A stretch of 64,000 nt of DNA from Nemertoderma westbladi (GCA_032718475.1 JAUCBJ010009140.1:1-64000); one strand, 5' to 3'. Shown: positions 45,674-61,602, numbered from the stretch's first letter. Notes: generated by a model not told the origin, from the letters alone. Numbers and translations are program-made.

Positions 45674-48600
45674 CATATTTGGAATCCTTGCATGGCCAGC
45701 TTTCCATCAGTACAAACAAATCACTATAAGTATAATGTTTAACCAATATGGTTGGCATTGACCCATATTTGGAATCCTTGCATGGTCATCTTTCCATCAG
45801 TACAAACAAATCACTATAAGTATAAGGTTTAACCAATATGGTTGGCATTGACCCATATTTGGAATCCTTGCATGGTCATCTTTCCATCAGTACAAACAAA
45901 TCACTATAAGTATAAGGTTTAACCAATATGGTTGGCATTGACCCATATTTGGAATCCTTGCATGGCCAGCTTTCCATCAGTACAAACAAATCACTATAAG
46001 TATAAGGTTTAACCAATATGGTTGGCATTGACCCATATTTGGAATCCTTGCATGGCCAGCTTTCCATCAGTACAAACAAATCACTAAAGTATAATGTTTA
46101 ACCAATATGGTTGGCATTGACCCATATTTGGAATCCTTGCATGGCCAGCTTTCCATCAGTACAAACAAATCACTATAAGTATAAGGTTTAACCAATATGG
46201 TTGGCATTGACCCATATTTGGAATCCTTGCATGGCCAGCTTTCCATCAGTACAAACAAATCACTATAAGTATAAGGTTTAACCAATATGGTTGGCATTGA
46301 CCCATATTTGGAATCCTTGCATGGCCAGCTTTCCATCAGTACAAACAAATCACTATAAGTATAAGGTTTAACCAATATGGTTGGCATTGACCCATATTTG
46401 GAATCCTTGCATGGCCAGCTTTCCATCAGTACAAACAAATCACTATAAGTATAAGGTTTAACCAATATGGTTGGCATTGACCCATATTTGGAATCCTTGC
46501 ATGGTCAGCTTTCCATCAGTACAAACAAATCACTATAAGTATAATGTTTAACCAATATGGTTGGCATTGACCCATATTTGGAATCCTTGCATGGCCAGCT
46601 TTCCATCAGTACAAACAAATCACTATAAGTATAATGTTTAACCAATATGGTTGGCATAGACCCATTTATTTGGAATCCTTGCATGGCCAGCTTTCCATCA
46701 GTACAAACAAATCACTATAAGTATAATGTTTAACCAATATGGTTGGCATTGACCCATTTATTTGGAATCCTTGCATGGCCAGCTTTCCATCAGTACAAAC
46801 AAATCACTATAAGTATAAGGTTTAACCAATATGGTTGGCATTGACCCATTTATTTGGAATCCTTGCATGGCCAGCTTTCCATCAGTACAAACAAATCACT
46901 ATAAGTATAAGGTTTAACCAATATGGTTGGCATTGACCCATATTTGGAATCCTTGCATGGCCAGCTTTCCATCAGTACAAACAAATCACTATAAGTATAA
47001 TGTTTAACCAATATGGTTGGCATAGACCCATTTATTTGGAATCCTTGCATGGCCAGCTTTCCATCAGTACAAACAAATCACTATAAGTATAATGTTTAAC
47101 CAATATGGTTGGCATTGACCCATATTTGGAATCCTTGCATGGCCAGCTTTCCATCAGTACAAACAAATCACTATAAGTATAATGTTTAACCAATATGGTT
47201 GGCATTGACCCAAATTTGGAATCCTTGCATGGCCAGCTTTCCATCAGTACAAACAAATCACTATAAGTATAATGTTTAACCAATATGGTTGGCATAGACC
47301 CATTTATTTGGAATCCTTGCATGGCCAGCTTTCCATCAGTACAAATAAATCACTATAAGTATAATGTTTAACCAATATGGTTGGCATTGACCCATATTTG
47401 GAATCCTTGCATGGCCAGCTTTCCATCAGTACAAACAAATCACTATAAGTATAATGTTTAACCAATATGGTTGGCATAGACCCATTTATTTGGAATCCTT
47501 GCATGGCCAGCTTTCCATCAGTACAAACAAATCACTATAAGTATAATGTTTAACCAATATGGTTGGCATTGACCCATATTTGGAATCCTTGCATGGCCAG
47601 CTTTCCATCAGTACAAACAAATCACTATAAGTATAATGTTTAACCAATATGGTTGGCATAGACCCATTTATTTGGAATCCTTGCATGGCCAGCTTTCCAT
47701 CAGTACAAACAAATCACTATAAGTATAATGTTTAACCAATATGGTTGGCATAGACCCATTTATTTGGAATCCTTGCATGACCAGCTTTCCATCAGTACAA
47801 ACAAATCACTATAAGTATAAGGTTTAACCAATATGGTTGGCATTGACCCATATTTGGAATCCTTGTATGGCCAGCTTTCCATCAGTACAAACAAATCACT
47901 ATAAGTATAATGTTTAACCAATATGGTTGGCATTGACCCAAATTTGGAATCCTTGCATGGCCAGCTTTCCATCAGTACAAACAAATCACTATAAGTATAA
48001 TGTTTAACCAATATGGTTGGCATTGACCCATATTTGGAATCCTTGCATGGCCAGCTTTCCATCAGTACAAACAAATCACTATAAGTATAAGGTTTAACCA
48101 ATATGGTTGGCATTGACCCATATTTGGAATCCTTGCATGGCCAGCTTTCCATCAGTACTAAACAAATCACTATAAGTATAATGTTTAACCAATATGGTTG
48201 GCATTGACCCATATTTGGAATCCTTGCATGGCCAGCTTTCCATCAGTACAAACAAATCACTATAAGTATAATGTTTAACCAATATGGTTGGCATTGACCC
48301 ATATTTGGAATCCTTGCATGGCCAGCTTTCCATCAGTACAAACAAATCACTATAAGTATAAGGTTTAACCAATATGGTTGGCATTGACCCATATTTGGAA
48401 TCCTTGCATGGCCAGCTTTCCATCAGTACAAACAAATCACTATAAGTATAATGTTTAACCAATATGGTTGGCATTGACCCATATTTGGAATCCTTGCATG
48501 GCCAGCTTTCCATCAGTACAAACAAATCACTATAAGTATAATGTTTAACCAATATGGTTGGCATTGACCCATATTTGGAATCCTTGCATGGCCAGCTTTC

Positions 48601-50858
48601 CATCAGTACAAACAAATCACTATAAGTATAATGTTTAACCAATATGGTTGGCATTGACCCATATTTGGAATCCTTGCATGGCCAGCTTTCCATCAGTACA
48701 AACAAATCACTATAAGTATAAGGTTTAACCAATATGGTTGGCATTGACCCATATTTGGAATCCTTGCATGGCCAGCTTTCCATCAGTACAAACAAATCAC
48801 TATAAGTATAAGGTTTAACCAATATGGTTGGCATTGACCCATATTTGGAATCCTTGCATGGCCAGCTTTCCATCAGTACAAACAAATCACTATAAGTATA
48901 AGGTTTAACCAATATGGTTGGCATTGACCCATATTTGGAATCCTTGCATGGCCAGCTTTCCATCAGTACTAAACAAATCACTATAAGTATAATGTTTAAC
49001 CAATATGGTTGGCATTGACCCATATTTGGAATCCTTGCATGGCCAGCTTTCCATCAGTACAAACAAATCACTATAAGTATAAGGTTTAACCAATATGGTT
49101 GGCATTGACCCATATTTGGAATCCTTGCATGGCCAGCTTTCCATCAGTACTAAACAAATCACTATAAGTATAATGTTTAACCAATATGGTTGGCATTGAC
49201 CCATATTTGGAATCCTTGCATGGCCAGCTTTCCATCAGTACAAACAAATCACTATAAGTATAATGTTTAACCAATATGGTTGGCATTGACCCATATTTGG
49301 AATCCTTGCATGGCCAGCTTTCCATCAGTACAAACAAATCACTATAAGTATAATGTTTAACCAATATGGTTGGCATTGACCCATATTTGGAATCCTTGCA
49401 TGGCCAGCTTTCCATCAGTACAAACAAATCACTATAAGTATAAGGTTTAACCAATATGGTTGGCATTGACCCATATTTGGAATCCTTGCATGGCCAGCTT
49501 TCCATCAGTACAAACAAATCACTATAAGTATAATGTTTAACCAATATGGTTGGCATTGACCCATATTTGGAATCCTTGCATGGCCAGCTTTCCATCAGTA
49601 CAAACAAATCACTATAAGTATAAGGTTTAACCAATATGGTTGGCATTGACCCATATTTGGAATCCTTGCATGGCCAGCTTTCCATCAGTACAAACAAATC
49701 ACTATAAGTATAAGGTTTAACCAATATGGTTGGCATTGACCCATATTTGGAATCCTTGCATGGCCAGCTTTCCATCAGTACAAACAAATCACTATAAGTA
49801 TAAGGTTTAACCAATATGGTTGGCATTGACCCATATTTGGAATCCTTGCATGGCCAGCTTTCCATCAGTACAAACAAATCACTATAAGTATAAGGTTTAA
49901 CCAATATGGTTGGCATTGACCCATATTTGGAATCCTTGCATGGCCAGCTTTCCATCAGTACAAACAAATCACTATAAGTATAATGTTTAACCAATATGGT
50001 TGGCATAGACCCATTTATTTGGAATCCTTGCATGGCCAGCTTTCCATCAGTACAAACAAATCACTATAAGTATAAGGTTTAACCAATATGGTTGGCATTG
50101 ACCCATATTTGGAATCCTTGCATGGCCAGCTTTCCATCAGTACAAACAAATCACTATAAGTATAATGTTTAACCAATATGGTTGGCATTGACCCATATTT
50201 GGAATCCTTGCATGGCCAGCTTTCCATCAGTACAAACAAATCACTATAAGTATAAGGTTTAACCAATATGGTTGGCATTGACCCATATTTGGAATCCTTG
50301 CATGGCCAGCTTTCCATCAGTACAAACAAATCACTATAAGTATAAGGTTTAACCAATATGGTTGGCATTGACCCATATTTGGAATCCTTGCATGGCCAGC
50401 TTTCCATCAGTACAAACAAATCACTATAAGTATAAGGTTTAACCAATATGGTTGGCATTGACCCATATTTGGAATCCTTGCATGGCCAGCTTTCCATCAG
50501 TACAAACAAATCACTATAAGTATAAGGTTTAACCAATATGGTTGGCATTGACCCATATTTGGAATCCTTGCATGGCCAGCTTTCCATCAGTACAAACAAA
50601 TCACTATAAGTATAATGTTTAACCAATATGGTTGGCATAGACCCATTTATTTGGAATCCTTGCATGGCCAGCTTTCCATCAGTACAAACAAATCACTATA
50701 AGTATAAGGTTTAACCAATATGGTTGGCATTGACCCATATTTGGAATCCTTGCATGGCCAGCTTTCCATCAGTACAAACAAATCACTATAAGTATAATGT
50801 TTAACCAATATGGTTGGCATTGACCCATATTTGGAATCCTTGCATGGCCAGCTTTCCA
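45674..50858. repeat. 90-bp satellite, ~57 highly homogeneous copies
   Basis: Unit CATATTTGGAATCCTTGCATGGCCAGCTTTCCATCAGTACAAACAAATCACTATAAGTATAA(T/G)GTTTAACCAATATGGTTGGCATTGACC, with 91- and 92-bp variants. Confidence 0.99.
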
Positions 50859-51605
50859 CTGTACCAACGAATGATACAGTGGTGTCCTTCCCTATTTTTT
50901 TCCCTATTTTTGTCTGAATTCCGTCAAAGGTACCGATTTCCAAAACCCCATTGCGGGTAATTTCAGTAATGTCCTTCAAAGTGTTTGATTCCCCTCCAAC
51001 TTTATTGGAACTTTTTAGCCTCCAATAATTTGAGGCCAATTCTCGCTTAAGACCTTAGGACACCTTGGTTAAAACTGAAATAGCGACCCGAAACGCGGAG
51101 GAAACTCGACGCAAAACCCGCCTTGGCGAATTAATATCCCGCCTCAATGTTAAATTCTCAATTTAGGTAAAGGAGCAGGTTATAGTGGCACGTTATTTTA
51201 ACCAAAACAATAAACTAAACACAATAGAACAGGTTACAGTTTTATCTGTACAGTTTTATACAGTTTATACTTGTATACTATTTATACAGTTTTAGGTTAC
51301 AGTAATCAGCTATTATTTGCGTCGAATTTCCCCAGGAGAGGGATGAATTTTTATTGCGTCCAGTTTCCCCCCTATCCGGAAACGCGACCACTCCACCAGC
51401 TAGCTGGTAAAGTACCGAATGACCACCCAGAAGTAAACTATTCTACTGTGTGCTCCGTATTTAGGAGGACTACGTATTGTCAGAGTCTAAAGATAAAATC
51501 ACGTGAATTTTTAATTCAAATATTATCAAAAAATTTTTCACACAAAAATTCAGTATTGATATTATTAGCTTATAATATACATTGCATTGTTACTATGTAG
51601 ACATT

Positions 51606-54600
51606 CAACCAATCTTATATCCAACCAATCTTACTGTATCCAACTAATCTTCTATCCAACCAATCTTATATCCAACCAATCTTACTGTATCCAACCAATC
51701 TTACTATATCCAACCAATCTTACTGTATCCAACCAATCTTATATCCAACCAATCTTATATCCAACCAATCTCATATCCAACCAATCTTATATCCAACCAA
51801 TCTTACTGTATCCAACCAATCTTACTGTATCCAACCAATCTTATATGCAACCAATCTCATATCCAACCAATCTTATATCCAACCAATCTTATATCCAACC
51901 AATCTTACTGTATCCAACCAATATTACTGTGTCCAACCAATCTTACTGTATCCAACCAATCTTACTGTATCCAACCTATCTTATATCCAACCAATCTTAC
52001 TGTATCCAACCAATCTTACTGTATCCAACCAATCTTACTGTATCCAACCAATCTTACTGTATCCAACCAATCTTACTGTATCCAACCAATCTTATATCCA
52101 ACCAATCTTACTGTATCCAACCAATCTTACTGTATCCAACCAATCTTATATCCAACAAATCTTACTGTATCCAACCAATCTTTACTGTCCAATCTTATAT
52201 CCAACCAATCTTATACCCAACCAATCTTATATCCAACCAATCTTACTGTATCCAACCAATCTTATATCCAACCAATCTTACTGTATCCAACCAATCTTAT
52301 ATCCAACCAATCTTACTGTATCCAACCAATCTTATATCCAACCAATCTTACTGTATCCAACCAATCTTACTGTATCCAACCAATCTTACTGTTTCCAACC
52401 AATCTTACTGTATCCAACCAATCTTACTGTATCCAACCAATCTTACTGTATCCAACCAATCTTACTGTATCCAACCAATCTTACCGTATCCAACCAATCT
52501 TATATCCAACCAATCTTATATCCAACCAATCTTATATCCAACCAATCTTATATCCAACCAATCTTATATCCAACCAATCTTATATCCAACCAATCTTATA
52601 TCCAACCAATCTTATATCCAACCAATCTTACTGTATCCAACCAATCTTATATCCAACCAATCTTATATCCAACCAATCTTATATCCAACCAATCTTACTG
52701 TATCCAACCAATCTTATATCCAACCAATCTTATATCCAACCAATCTTATATCCAACCAATCTTATATCCAACCAATCTTACTGTATCCAACCAATCTTAT
52801 ATCCAACCAATCTTATATCCAACCAATCTTATATCCAACCAATCTTACTGTATCCAACCAATCTTATATCCAACCAATCTTACTGTATCCAACCAATCTT
52901 ATATCCAACCAATCTTATATCCAACCAATCTTATATCCAACCAATCTTATATCCAACCAATCTTACTGTATCCAACCAATCTTATATCCAACCAATCTTA
53001 TATCCAACCAATCTTATATCCAACCAATCTTCTTACTTCATCCAACCAATCTTACTGTATCCAACCAATCTTACTGTATCCAACCAATCTTACTGTATCC
53101 AACTAATCTTATATCCAACCAATCATATATCCAACCAATCTTATATCCAACCAATCTTACTGTATCCAACCAATCTTACTTCATCCAACCAATCTTATAT
53201 CCAACCAATCTTATATCCAACCAATCTTACTGTATCCAACCAATCTTTACTGTATCCAACCAATCTTACTGTATCCAACCAATCTTATATCCAACCAATC
53301 TTATATCCAACCAATCTTATATCCAACCAATCTTACTGTATCCAACCAATCTTATATCCAACCAATCTTATATCCAACCAATCTTATATCCAACCAATCT
53401 TATATCCAACCAATCTTACTGTATCCAACCAATCTTATATCCAACCAATCTTATATCCAACCAATCTTATATCCAACCAATCTTATATCCAACCAATCTT
53501 ACTGTATCCAACCAATCTTATATCCAACCAATCTTATATCCAACCAATCTTACTGTATCCAACCAATCTTATATCCAACCAATCTTATATCCAACCAATC
53601 TTATATCCAACCAATCTTCTTACTTCATCCAACCAATCTTACTGTATCCAACCAATCTTACTGTATCCAACTAATCTTATATCCAACCAATCATATCCAA
53701 CCAATCTTATATCCAACCAATCTTACTGTATCCAACCAATCTTACTGTATCCAACCAATCTTACTGTATCCAACCAATCTTACTGTATCCAACCAATCTT
53801 ACTGTATCCAACCAATCTTATATCCAACCAATCTTATATCCAACCAATCTTATATCCAACCAATCTTACTGTATCCAACCAATCTTACTTCATCCAACCA
53901 ATCTTATATCCAACCAATCTTATATCCAACCAATCTTACTGTATCCAACCAATCTTACTGTATCCAACCAATCTTACTTCATCCAACCAATCTTATATCC
54001 AACCAATCTTATATCCAACCAATCTTACTGTATCCAACCAATCTTACTTCATCCAACCAATCTTATATCCAACCAATCTTATATCCAACCAATCTTATAT
54101 CCAACCAATCTTACTGTATCCAACCAATCTTACTGTATCCAACCAATCTTTACTGTATCCAACCAATCTTACTGTATCCAACCAATCTTATATCCAACCA
54201 ATCTTATATCCAACCAATCTTACTGCATCCAACCAATCTTACTGTATCCAACCAATCTTACTGTATCCAACCAATCTTACTGTATCCAACCAATCTTACT
54301 GTATCCAACCAATCTTATATCCAACCAATCTTACTGTATCCAACCAATCTTATATCCAACCAATCTTATATCCAACCATTATTATATCCAACCAATGTTA
54401 CTGTATCCAACCAATCTTACTGTATCCAACTAATCTTACTGTATCCAACCAATCTTACTGTATCCAACCAATCTTACCGTATCCAACCAATCTTATATCC
54501 AACCAATCTTATATCCAACCAATCTTATATCCAACCAATCTTACTGTATCCAACTAATCTTTACTGTATCCAACCAATCGTACTGTATCCAACAAATCTT

Positions 54601-57600
54601 ATATCCAACCAATCATATATCCAACCAATCATATATCCAACCAATCTTACTGTATCCAACCAATCTTATATCCAACCAATCTTATATCCAACCAATATTA
54701 CTGTATCCAACTAATCTTTACTGTATCCAACCAATCTTACTGTATCCAACAAATCTTATATCCAACCAATCATATATCCAACCAATCATATATCCAACCA
54801 ATCTTACTGTATCCAACCAATCTTATATCCAACCAATCTTATATCCAACCAATCTTACTGTATCCAACCAATCTTATATCCAACCAATCTTACTGTATCC
54901 AACCAATCATATATCCAACCATTATTATATCCAACCAATCTTACTGTATCCAACCAATCTTACTGTATCCAACCAATCTTACTGTATCCAACCAATCTTA
55001 CCGTATCCAACCAATCTTATATCCAACCAATCTTACTGTATCCAACCAATCTTATATCCAACCAATCTTACTGTATCCAACCAATCATATATCCAACCAT
55101 TATTATATCCAACCAATCTTACTGTATCCAACCAATCTTACTTCATCCAACCAATCTTACTGTATCCAACCAATCTTATATCCAACCAATCTTATATCCA
55201 ACCAATCTTACTGTATCCAACCAATCTTATATCCAACCAATCTTACTGTATCCAACCAATCTTACTGTATCCAACCAATCTTACTGTATCCAACCAATCT
55301 TACTGTATCCAACCAATCTTACTGTATCCAACCAATCATATATCCAACCATTATTATATCCAACCAATCTTACTGTATCCAACCAATCTTATATCCAACC
55401 AATCTTACTGTATCCAACCAATCATATATCCAACCATTATTATATCCAACCAATCTTACTGTATCCAACCAATCTTACTGTATCCAACCAATCTTACTTC
55501 ATCCAACCAATCTTACTGTATCCAACCAATCTTACTGTATCCAACCAATCTTACTGTATCCAACCAATCTTACTTCATCTAACCAATCTTACTGTATCCA
55601 ACCAATCTTACTTCATCCAACCAATCTTATATCCAACCAATCTTATATCCAACCAATCTTACTGTATCCAACCAATCTTACTGTATCCAACCAATCTTAT
55701 ATCCAACCAATCTTACTGTATCCAACCAATCTTATATCCAACCAATCTTACTGTATCCAACCAATCTTATATCCAACCAATCTTACTGTATCCAACCAAT
55801 CTTACTGTATCCAACCAATCTTACTGTATCCAACCAATCTTACTGTATACAACCAATCTTACTGTATCCAACCAATCTTACTGTATCCAACCAATCATAT
55901 ATCCAACCAATCTTACTGTATCCAACCAATCTTACTGTATCCAACCAATCATATATCCAACCAATCTTACTGTATCCAACCAATCTTATATCCAACCAAT
56001 CTTACTGTATCCAACCAATCATATATCCAACCATTATTATATCCAACCAATCTTACTGTATCCAACCAATCTTACTGTATCCAACCAATCTTACTTCATC
56101 CAATCAATCTTACTGTATCCAACCAATCTTACTGTATCCAACCAATCTTACTGTATCCAACCAATCTTACTGTATCCAACCAATCTTACTTCATCCAACC
56201 AATCTTACTGTATCCAACCAATCTTACTTCATCCAACCAATCTTATATCCAACCAATCTTATATCCAACCAATCTTACTGTATCCAACCAATCTTATATC
56301 CAACCAATCTTATATCCAACCAATCTTATATCCAACCAATCTTACTGTATCCAACCAATCTTATATCCAACCAATCTTATATCCAACCAATCATATATCC
56401 AACCAATCTTATATCCAACCAATCTTACTGTATCCAACCAATCTTACTTCATCCAACCAATCTTATATCCAACCAATCTTATATCCAACCAATCTTATAT
56501 CCAACCAATCTTATATCCAACCAATCTTACTGTATCCAACCAATCTTACTTCATCCAACCAATCTTATATCCAACCAATCTTATATCCAACCAATCTTAC
56601 TGTATCCAACCAATCTTACTGTTTCCAACCAATCTTACTGTATCCAACCAATCTTACTGTATCCAACCAATCTTATATCCAACCAATCTTACTGTATCCA
56701 ACCAATCATATATCCAACCATTATTATATCCAACCAATCTTACTGTATCCAACCAATCTTACTGTATCCAACCAATCTTACTGTATCCAACCAATCTTAC
56801 TGTATCCAACCAATCTTACTGTATCCAACCAATCTTATATCCAACCAATCTTACTGTATCCAACCAATCTTACTGTATCCAACCAATCTTACCGTATCCA
56901 ACCAATCTTATATCCAACCAATCTTACTGTATCCAACCAATCTTATATCCAACCAATCTTACTGTATCCAACTAATCTTACTTCATCCAACCAATCTTAC
57001 CGTATCCAACCAATCTTATATCCAACCAATCTTATATCCAACCAATCTTATATCCAACCAATCTTATATCCAACCAATCTTACTGTATCCAACCAATCTT
57101 ACTGTATCCAACCAATCTTACCGTATCCAACCAATCTTATATCCAACCAATCTTATATCCAACCAATCTTACTGTATCCAACCAATCTTTACTGTATCCA
57201 ACCAATCTTACTGTATCCAACCAATCTTATATCCAACCAATCTTATATCCAACCAATCATATATCCAACCATTATTATATCCAGCCAATCTTACTGTATC
57301 CAACCAATCTTACTGTATCCAACCAATCTTACTGTATCCAACCAATCTTATATCCAACCAATCTTACTGTATCCAACCAATCTTACTGTATCCAACCAAT
57401 CTTACTGTATCCAACCAATCTTTACTGTATCCATCCAATCTTACTGTATCCAACCAATCTTTACTGTATCCAACCAATCTTACTGCATCCAACCAATCTT
57501 ATATCCAACCAATCTTATATCCAACCAATCTTATATCCAACCAATCTTATACCCAACCAATCTTATATCCAACCAATCTTACTGTATCCAACCAATCTTA

Positions 57601-59331
57601 CTGTATCCAACCAATCTTATATCCAACCAATCTTACTGTATCCAACCAATCTTATATCCAACCAATCTTACTGTATCCAACCAATCTTACTGTATCCAAC
57701 CAATCTTACTGTATCCAACCAATCTTACTGTATCCAACCAATCTTATATCCAACCAATCTTATATCCAACCAATCTTATATCCAACCAATCTTATATCCA
57801 ACCAATCATATATCCAACCATTATTATATCCAACCAATCTTATATCCAACCAATCATATATCCAACCAATCTTATATCCAACCAATCTTACTGTATCCAA
57901 CCAATCTTATATCCAACCAATCTTATATCCAACCAATCATATATCCAACCAATCTTATATCCAACCAATCTTACTGTATCCAACCAATCTTACTGTATCC
58001 AACCAATCTTACTGTATCCAACCAATCTTACTGTATCCAACCAATCTTATATCCAACCAATCTTATATCCAACCAATCTTATATCCAACCAATCTTACTG
58101 TATCCAACAAATCTTACTGTATCCAACCAATCTTATATCCAACCAATCATATATCCAACCAATCATATATCCAACCATTATTATATCCAACCAATCATAT
58201 ATCCAACCATTATTATATCCAACCAATCTTATATCCAACCAATCTTACTGTATCCAACCAATCTTACTGTATCCAACCAATCTTACTGTATCCAACCAAT
58301 CTTATATCCAACCAATCATATATCCAACCATTATTATATCCAACCAATCTTACTGTATCCAACCAATCTTACTGTATCCAACCAATCTTACTGTATCCAA
58401 CCAATCTTATATCCAACCAATCTTACTGTATCCAACCAATCTTACTGTATCCAACCAATCTTACTGTATCCAACCAATCTTATATCCAACCAATCTTATA
58501 TCCAACCAATCTTATATCCAACCAATCATATATCCAACCAATCATATATCCAACCATTATTATATCCAACCAATCTTACTGTATCCAACCAATCTTACTG
58601 TATCCAACCAATCTTATATCCAACCAATCTTATATCCAACCAATCTTACTGTATCCAACCAATCTTACTGTATCCAACCAATCTTACTGTATCCAACCAA
58701 TCTTACTGTATCCAACCAATCTTACTGTATCCAACCAATCTTACTGTATCCAACCAATCTTACTGTATCCAACCAATCTTACTGTATCCAACCAATCTTA
58801 CTGTATCCAACCAATCTTACTGTATCCAACCAATCTTATATCAAACCAATCTTACTGTATCCAACCAATCTTACTGTATCCAACCAATCTTACTGTATCC
58901 AACCAATCTTACTGTATCCAACCAATCTTACCGTATCCAACCAATCTTATATCCAACCAATCTTACTGTATCCAACCAATCTTTACTGTATCCAACCAAT
59001 CTTACTGTATCCAACCAATCTTATATCCATCCAATCTTACTGTATCCAACCAATCTTTACTGTATCCAACCAATCTTATATCCAACCAATCTTATACCCG
59101 ACCAATCTTATATCCAACCAATCTTATACCCAACCAATCTTATATCCAACCAATCTTACTGTATCCAACCAATCTTACTGTATCCAACCAATCTTATATC
59201 CAACCAATCTTATATCCAACCAATCTTACTGTATCCAACCAATCTTACTGTATCCAACCAATCTTACTATATCCAACCAATCTTACTGTATCCTACCAAT
59301 CTTACTATATCCAACCAATCTTACTGTATCT
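51606..59331. repeat. 7.7-kb minisatellite of interspersed 16-bp and 19-bp units
   Basis: TATCCAACCAATCTTA and TATCCAACCAATCTTACTG in irregular order, plus rarer variants. Confidence 0.99.
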
Positions 59332-59335
59332 TACT

Positions 59336-59998
59336 TTACTGCATCTCGCCAATCCCAATATATCGAACTGCATCCCACCAATATCTCGCCTGGTCAGTCG
59401 AAATAAATTTAAATTTGCTATCAGATTGACAAATTCTCCTGAGGTTATCTGCTGCTGCAAAAAGCTCAACTCTAACCATCTCTCTGTCAGTATTGAACAA
59501 ATTGGTTTGGTTAGGGTTTGTACATAGTTCAGCCGATAGTTCTGCAGAGATCTCGGTAGGTAGTTCGGCCGATATTTCGGTAGGTAGTTCGATCTCATCT
59601 GATGTAGTGTTAACCTCGATCTCATGGCTGAAAGGTTCAAGACAATTGTTCCACGGTACTAGAAGATCTTCTGTTGCATTGCCGGGGGAACCAACTTCGT
59701 CATCACCATCCAATTCCTCTGAGCTTTCAAATAAACATTCATTGACATTATGGTTACCGCTACCGGTATCGACACTGGTAGTTTTGTGTTGTTGCACTGG
59801 AGTTCCTAGTTCCAAACATGTCCCTAGTTCCAAACATGTTCCAAGTTCCAAACAATTACCACGATCGGCGCAGGTTTCCAGTTCCAAGCAGTTATATTGT
59901 TTCGATTGTTTCAGCTTTGATCGTTTCGATAAACACGAACGGCTTTTGCTCTTGACATGTTTATTTGTTTTATTTAATAAAAAATCTCTTCGCTTCAA
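59336..59998 (-). other. Possible coding fragment (220-aa ORF; basic N-terminus, acidic middle)
   Basis: Long ORF in AT-rich DNA with in-frame short repeats (CLELGT, ELPTEISA); no family recognised. Confidence 0.3.
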
Positions 59999-60317
59999 TT
60001 TTCTTCTAGTCTTTATATCTGAAAATAAGTTAATATTGTATTAATAAATAAAAACTAGTTAAACTAGTTAGCGGTGCTTGCGCACTGCGGAAGAAGCTCT
60101 CTAGCTTCAGACGACTGTTCAACTGTCCACCTCTTCGTTCAAGTTACACTCAAAATAATGTATATACATCAATGTATATATATCACATCTAAATGACCTT
60201 TATTATGTTCTTTAAGAGTTAAAGAACAGAAGGCGGCGCATAATTATTGACCTTTCAATAAGTTTACTATATTATTATTAGAAGTTCGTTAGGACTTCTT
60301 ACTGTTAAAGTATTCAC

Positions 60318-60396
60318 TATCTATCTATGTGTATGTATGTATGTATGTATCTGTGTATGTATGTATGTATGTATGTATGTATGTATGTATGTGTAT
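60318..60396. repeat. (TATG)n microsatellite
   Basis: Direct reading. Confidence 0.95.
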
Positions 60397-60714
60397 CGGG
60401 TGAACTGTTCCGAAGCTATAGTTTCTCCGTCAATGAAAGTTATATCAATCGACCCAACTCAACCCCAGGATGTGGAAAAATGTTTCGGAAAAAATTATTA
60501 AAGCGTCTTTTTTTTATTTCGAAAAATAGCTCCAAAACACGAAATTTGCCATAGACTCAATGATAGAAACACCAGCTGCTGGTGATCATGAAGGCCTAGT
60601 AAATTACTAACTATTGATTGAATGGATAGGCCCAAACTGCACAGAAGTATATTACTTGCCAAGTTTATTACTCTCTCACTCTATCCCAGACAAGTAATCA
60701 AATATTAACTGGTT

Positions 60715-61001
60715 GTTTGTAAGGTATTATCCCGCCAGCTGAATAGCCCTTCCCTGTGTGCCAACTAATAGTGTATTATTATTGTAGTATACTAGGCCTA
60801 CACAAGTTTGTAATGTATTATCCCGCCAGCTGAATAGCTCTTCCCAGTGTGCCAACTAATAAAGGCCTACACAAGTTTGTAATGTATTATCCCGCCAGCT
60901 GCATAGCTCTTCCCAGTGTACCAACTAATAGTATATATATTATTATAGCATACTAGGCCTACACAAGTTTGTAATGTATTATCCCGCCAGCTGAATAGCT
61001 C
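60715..61001. repeat. 4 degenerate copies of a 60-85-bp repeat
   Basis: GTATTATCCCGCCAGCTG(A/C)ATAGC core repeated four times. Confidence 0.85.
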
Positions 61002-61191
61002 TAGTAGGTCTATATACATGATATTGTAGCTCTAGCCAATCAGAGAGCTAAATTCCACAACACGTTTTTTTTCTTCATCATGTCCAAAAATCAGCGGAAG
61101 AATGGAGACAGGAAAGAAGCTAAGAGTTTCTTAATTAAAAAATATATCAGTTGTCTGACATGGATGAACAATAGTGAATAATAAACTGAAC

Positions 61192-61602
61192 ACTATACCT
61201 GGATGGTCTGTTGGGAAATAAACTATACCTGGATGGTCTGTTGGGAAATAAACTATAGCTGGATGGTCTGTTGGGAAATAAACTATACCTGGATGGTCTG
61301 TTGGGAAATAAACTATACCTGGATGGTTTGTTGGGAAATAAACTATACCTGGATGGTTTGTTGGGTAATAAACTATACCTGGATGGTCTGTTGGGAAATA
61401 AACTATACCTGGATGGTTTGTTGGTAAATAAACTATACCTGGATGGTCTGTTGGGAAATAAACTATACCTGGATGGTTTGTTGGGAAATAAACTATACCT
61501 GGATGGTCTGTTGGGAAATAAACTATACCTGGATGGTCTGTTGGGAAATAAACTATACCTGGATGGTTTGTTGGGAAATAAACTATACCTGGATGGTCTG
61601 TT
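61192..61602. repeat. 30-bp tandem repeat, ~13.5 copies
   Basis: ACTATACCTGGATGGT(C/T)TGTTGGGAAATAA. Confidence 0.97.

Noticed and set aside
45876-51039. Many minus-strand ORFs with the 30-aa repeat MPTILVKHYTYSDLFVLMESWPCKDSKYGS
   Set aside because: Artefact of a 90-bp unit that is stop-free in one frame; 91/92-bp variants break the frame freely
51587-53674. 695-aa ORF
   Set aside because: Translation of the 16/19-bp minisatellite, cycling through frames
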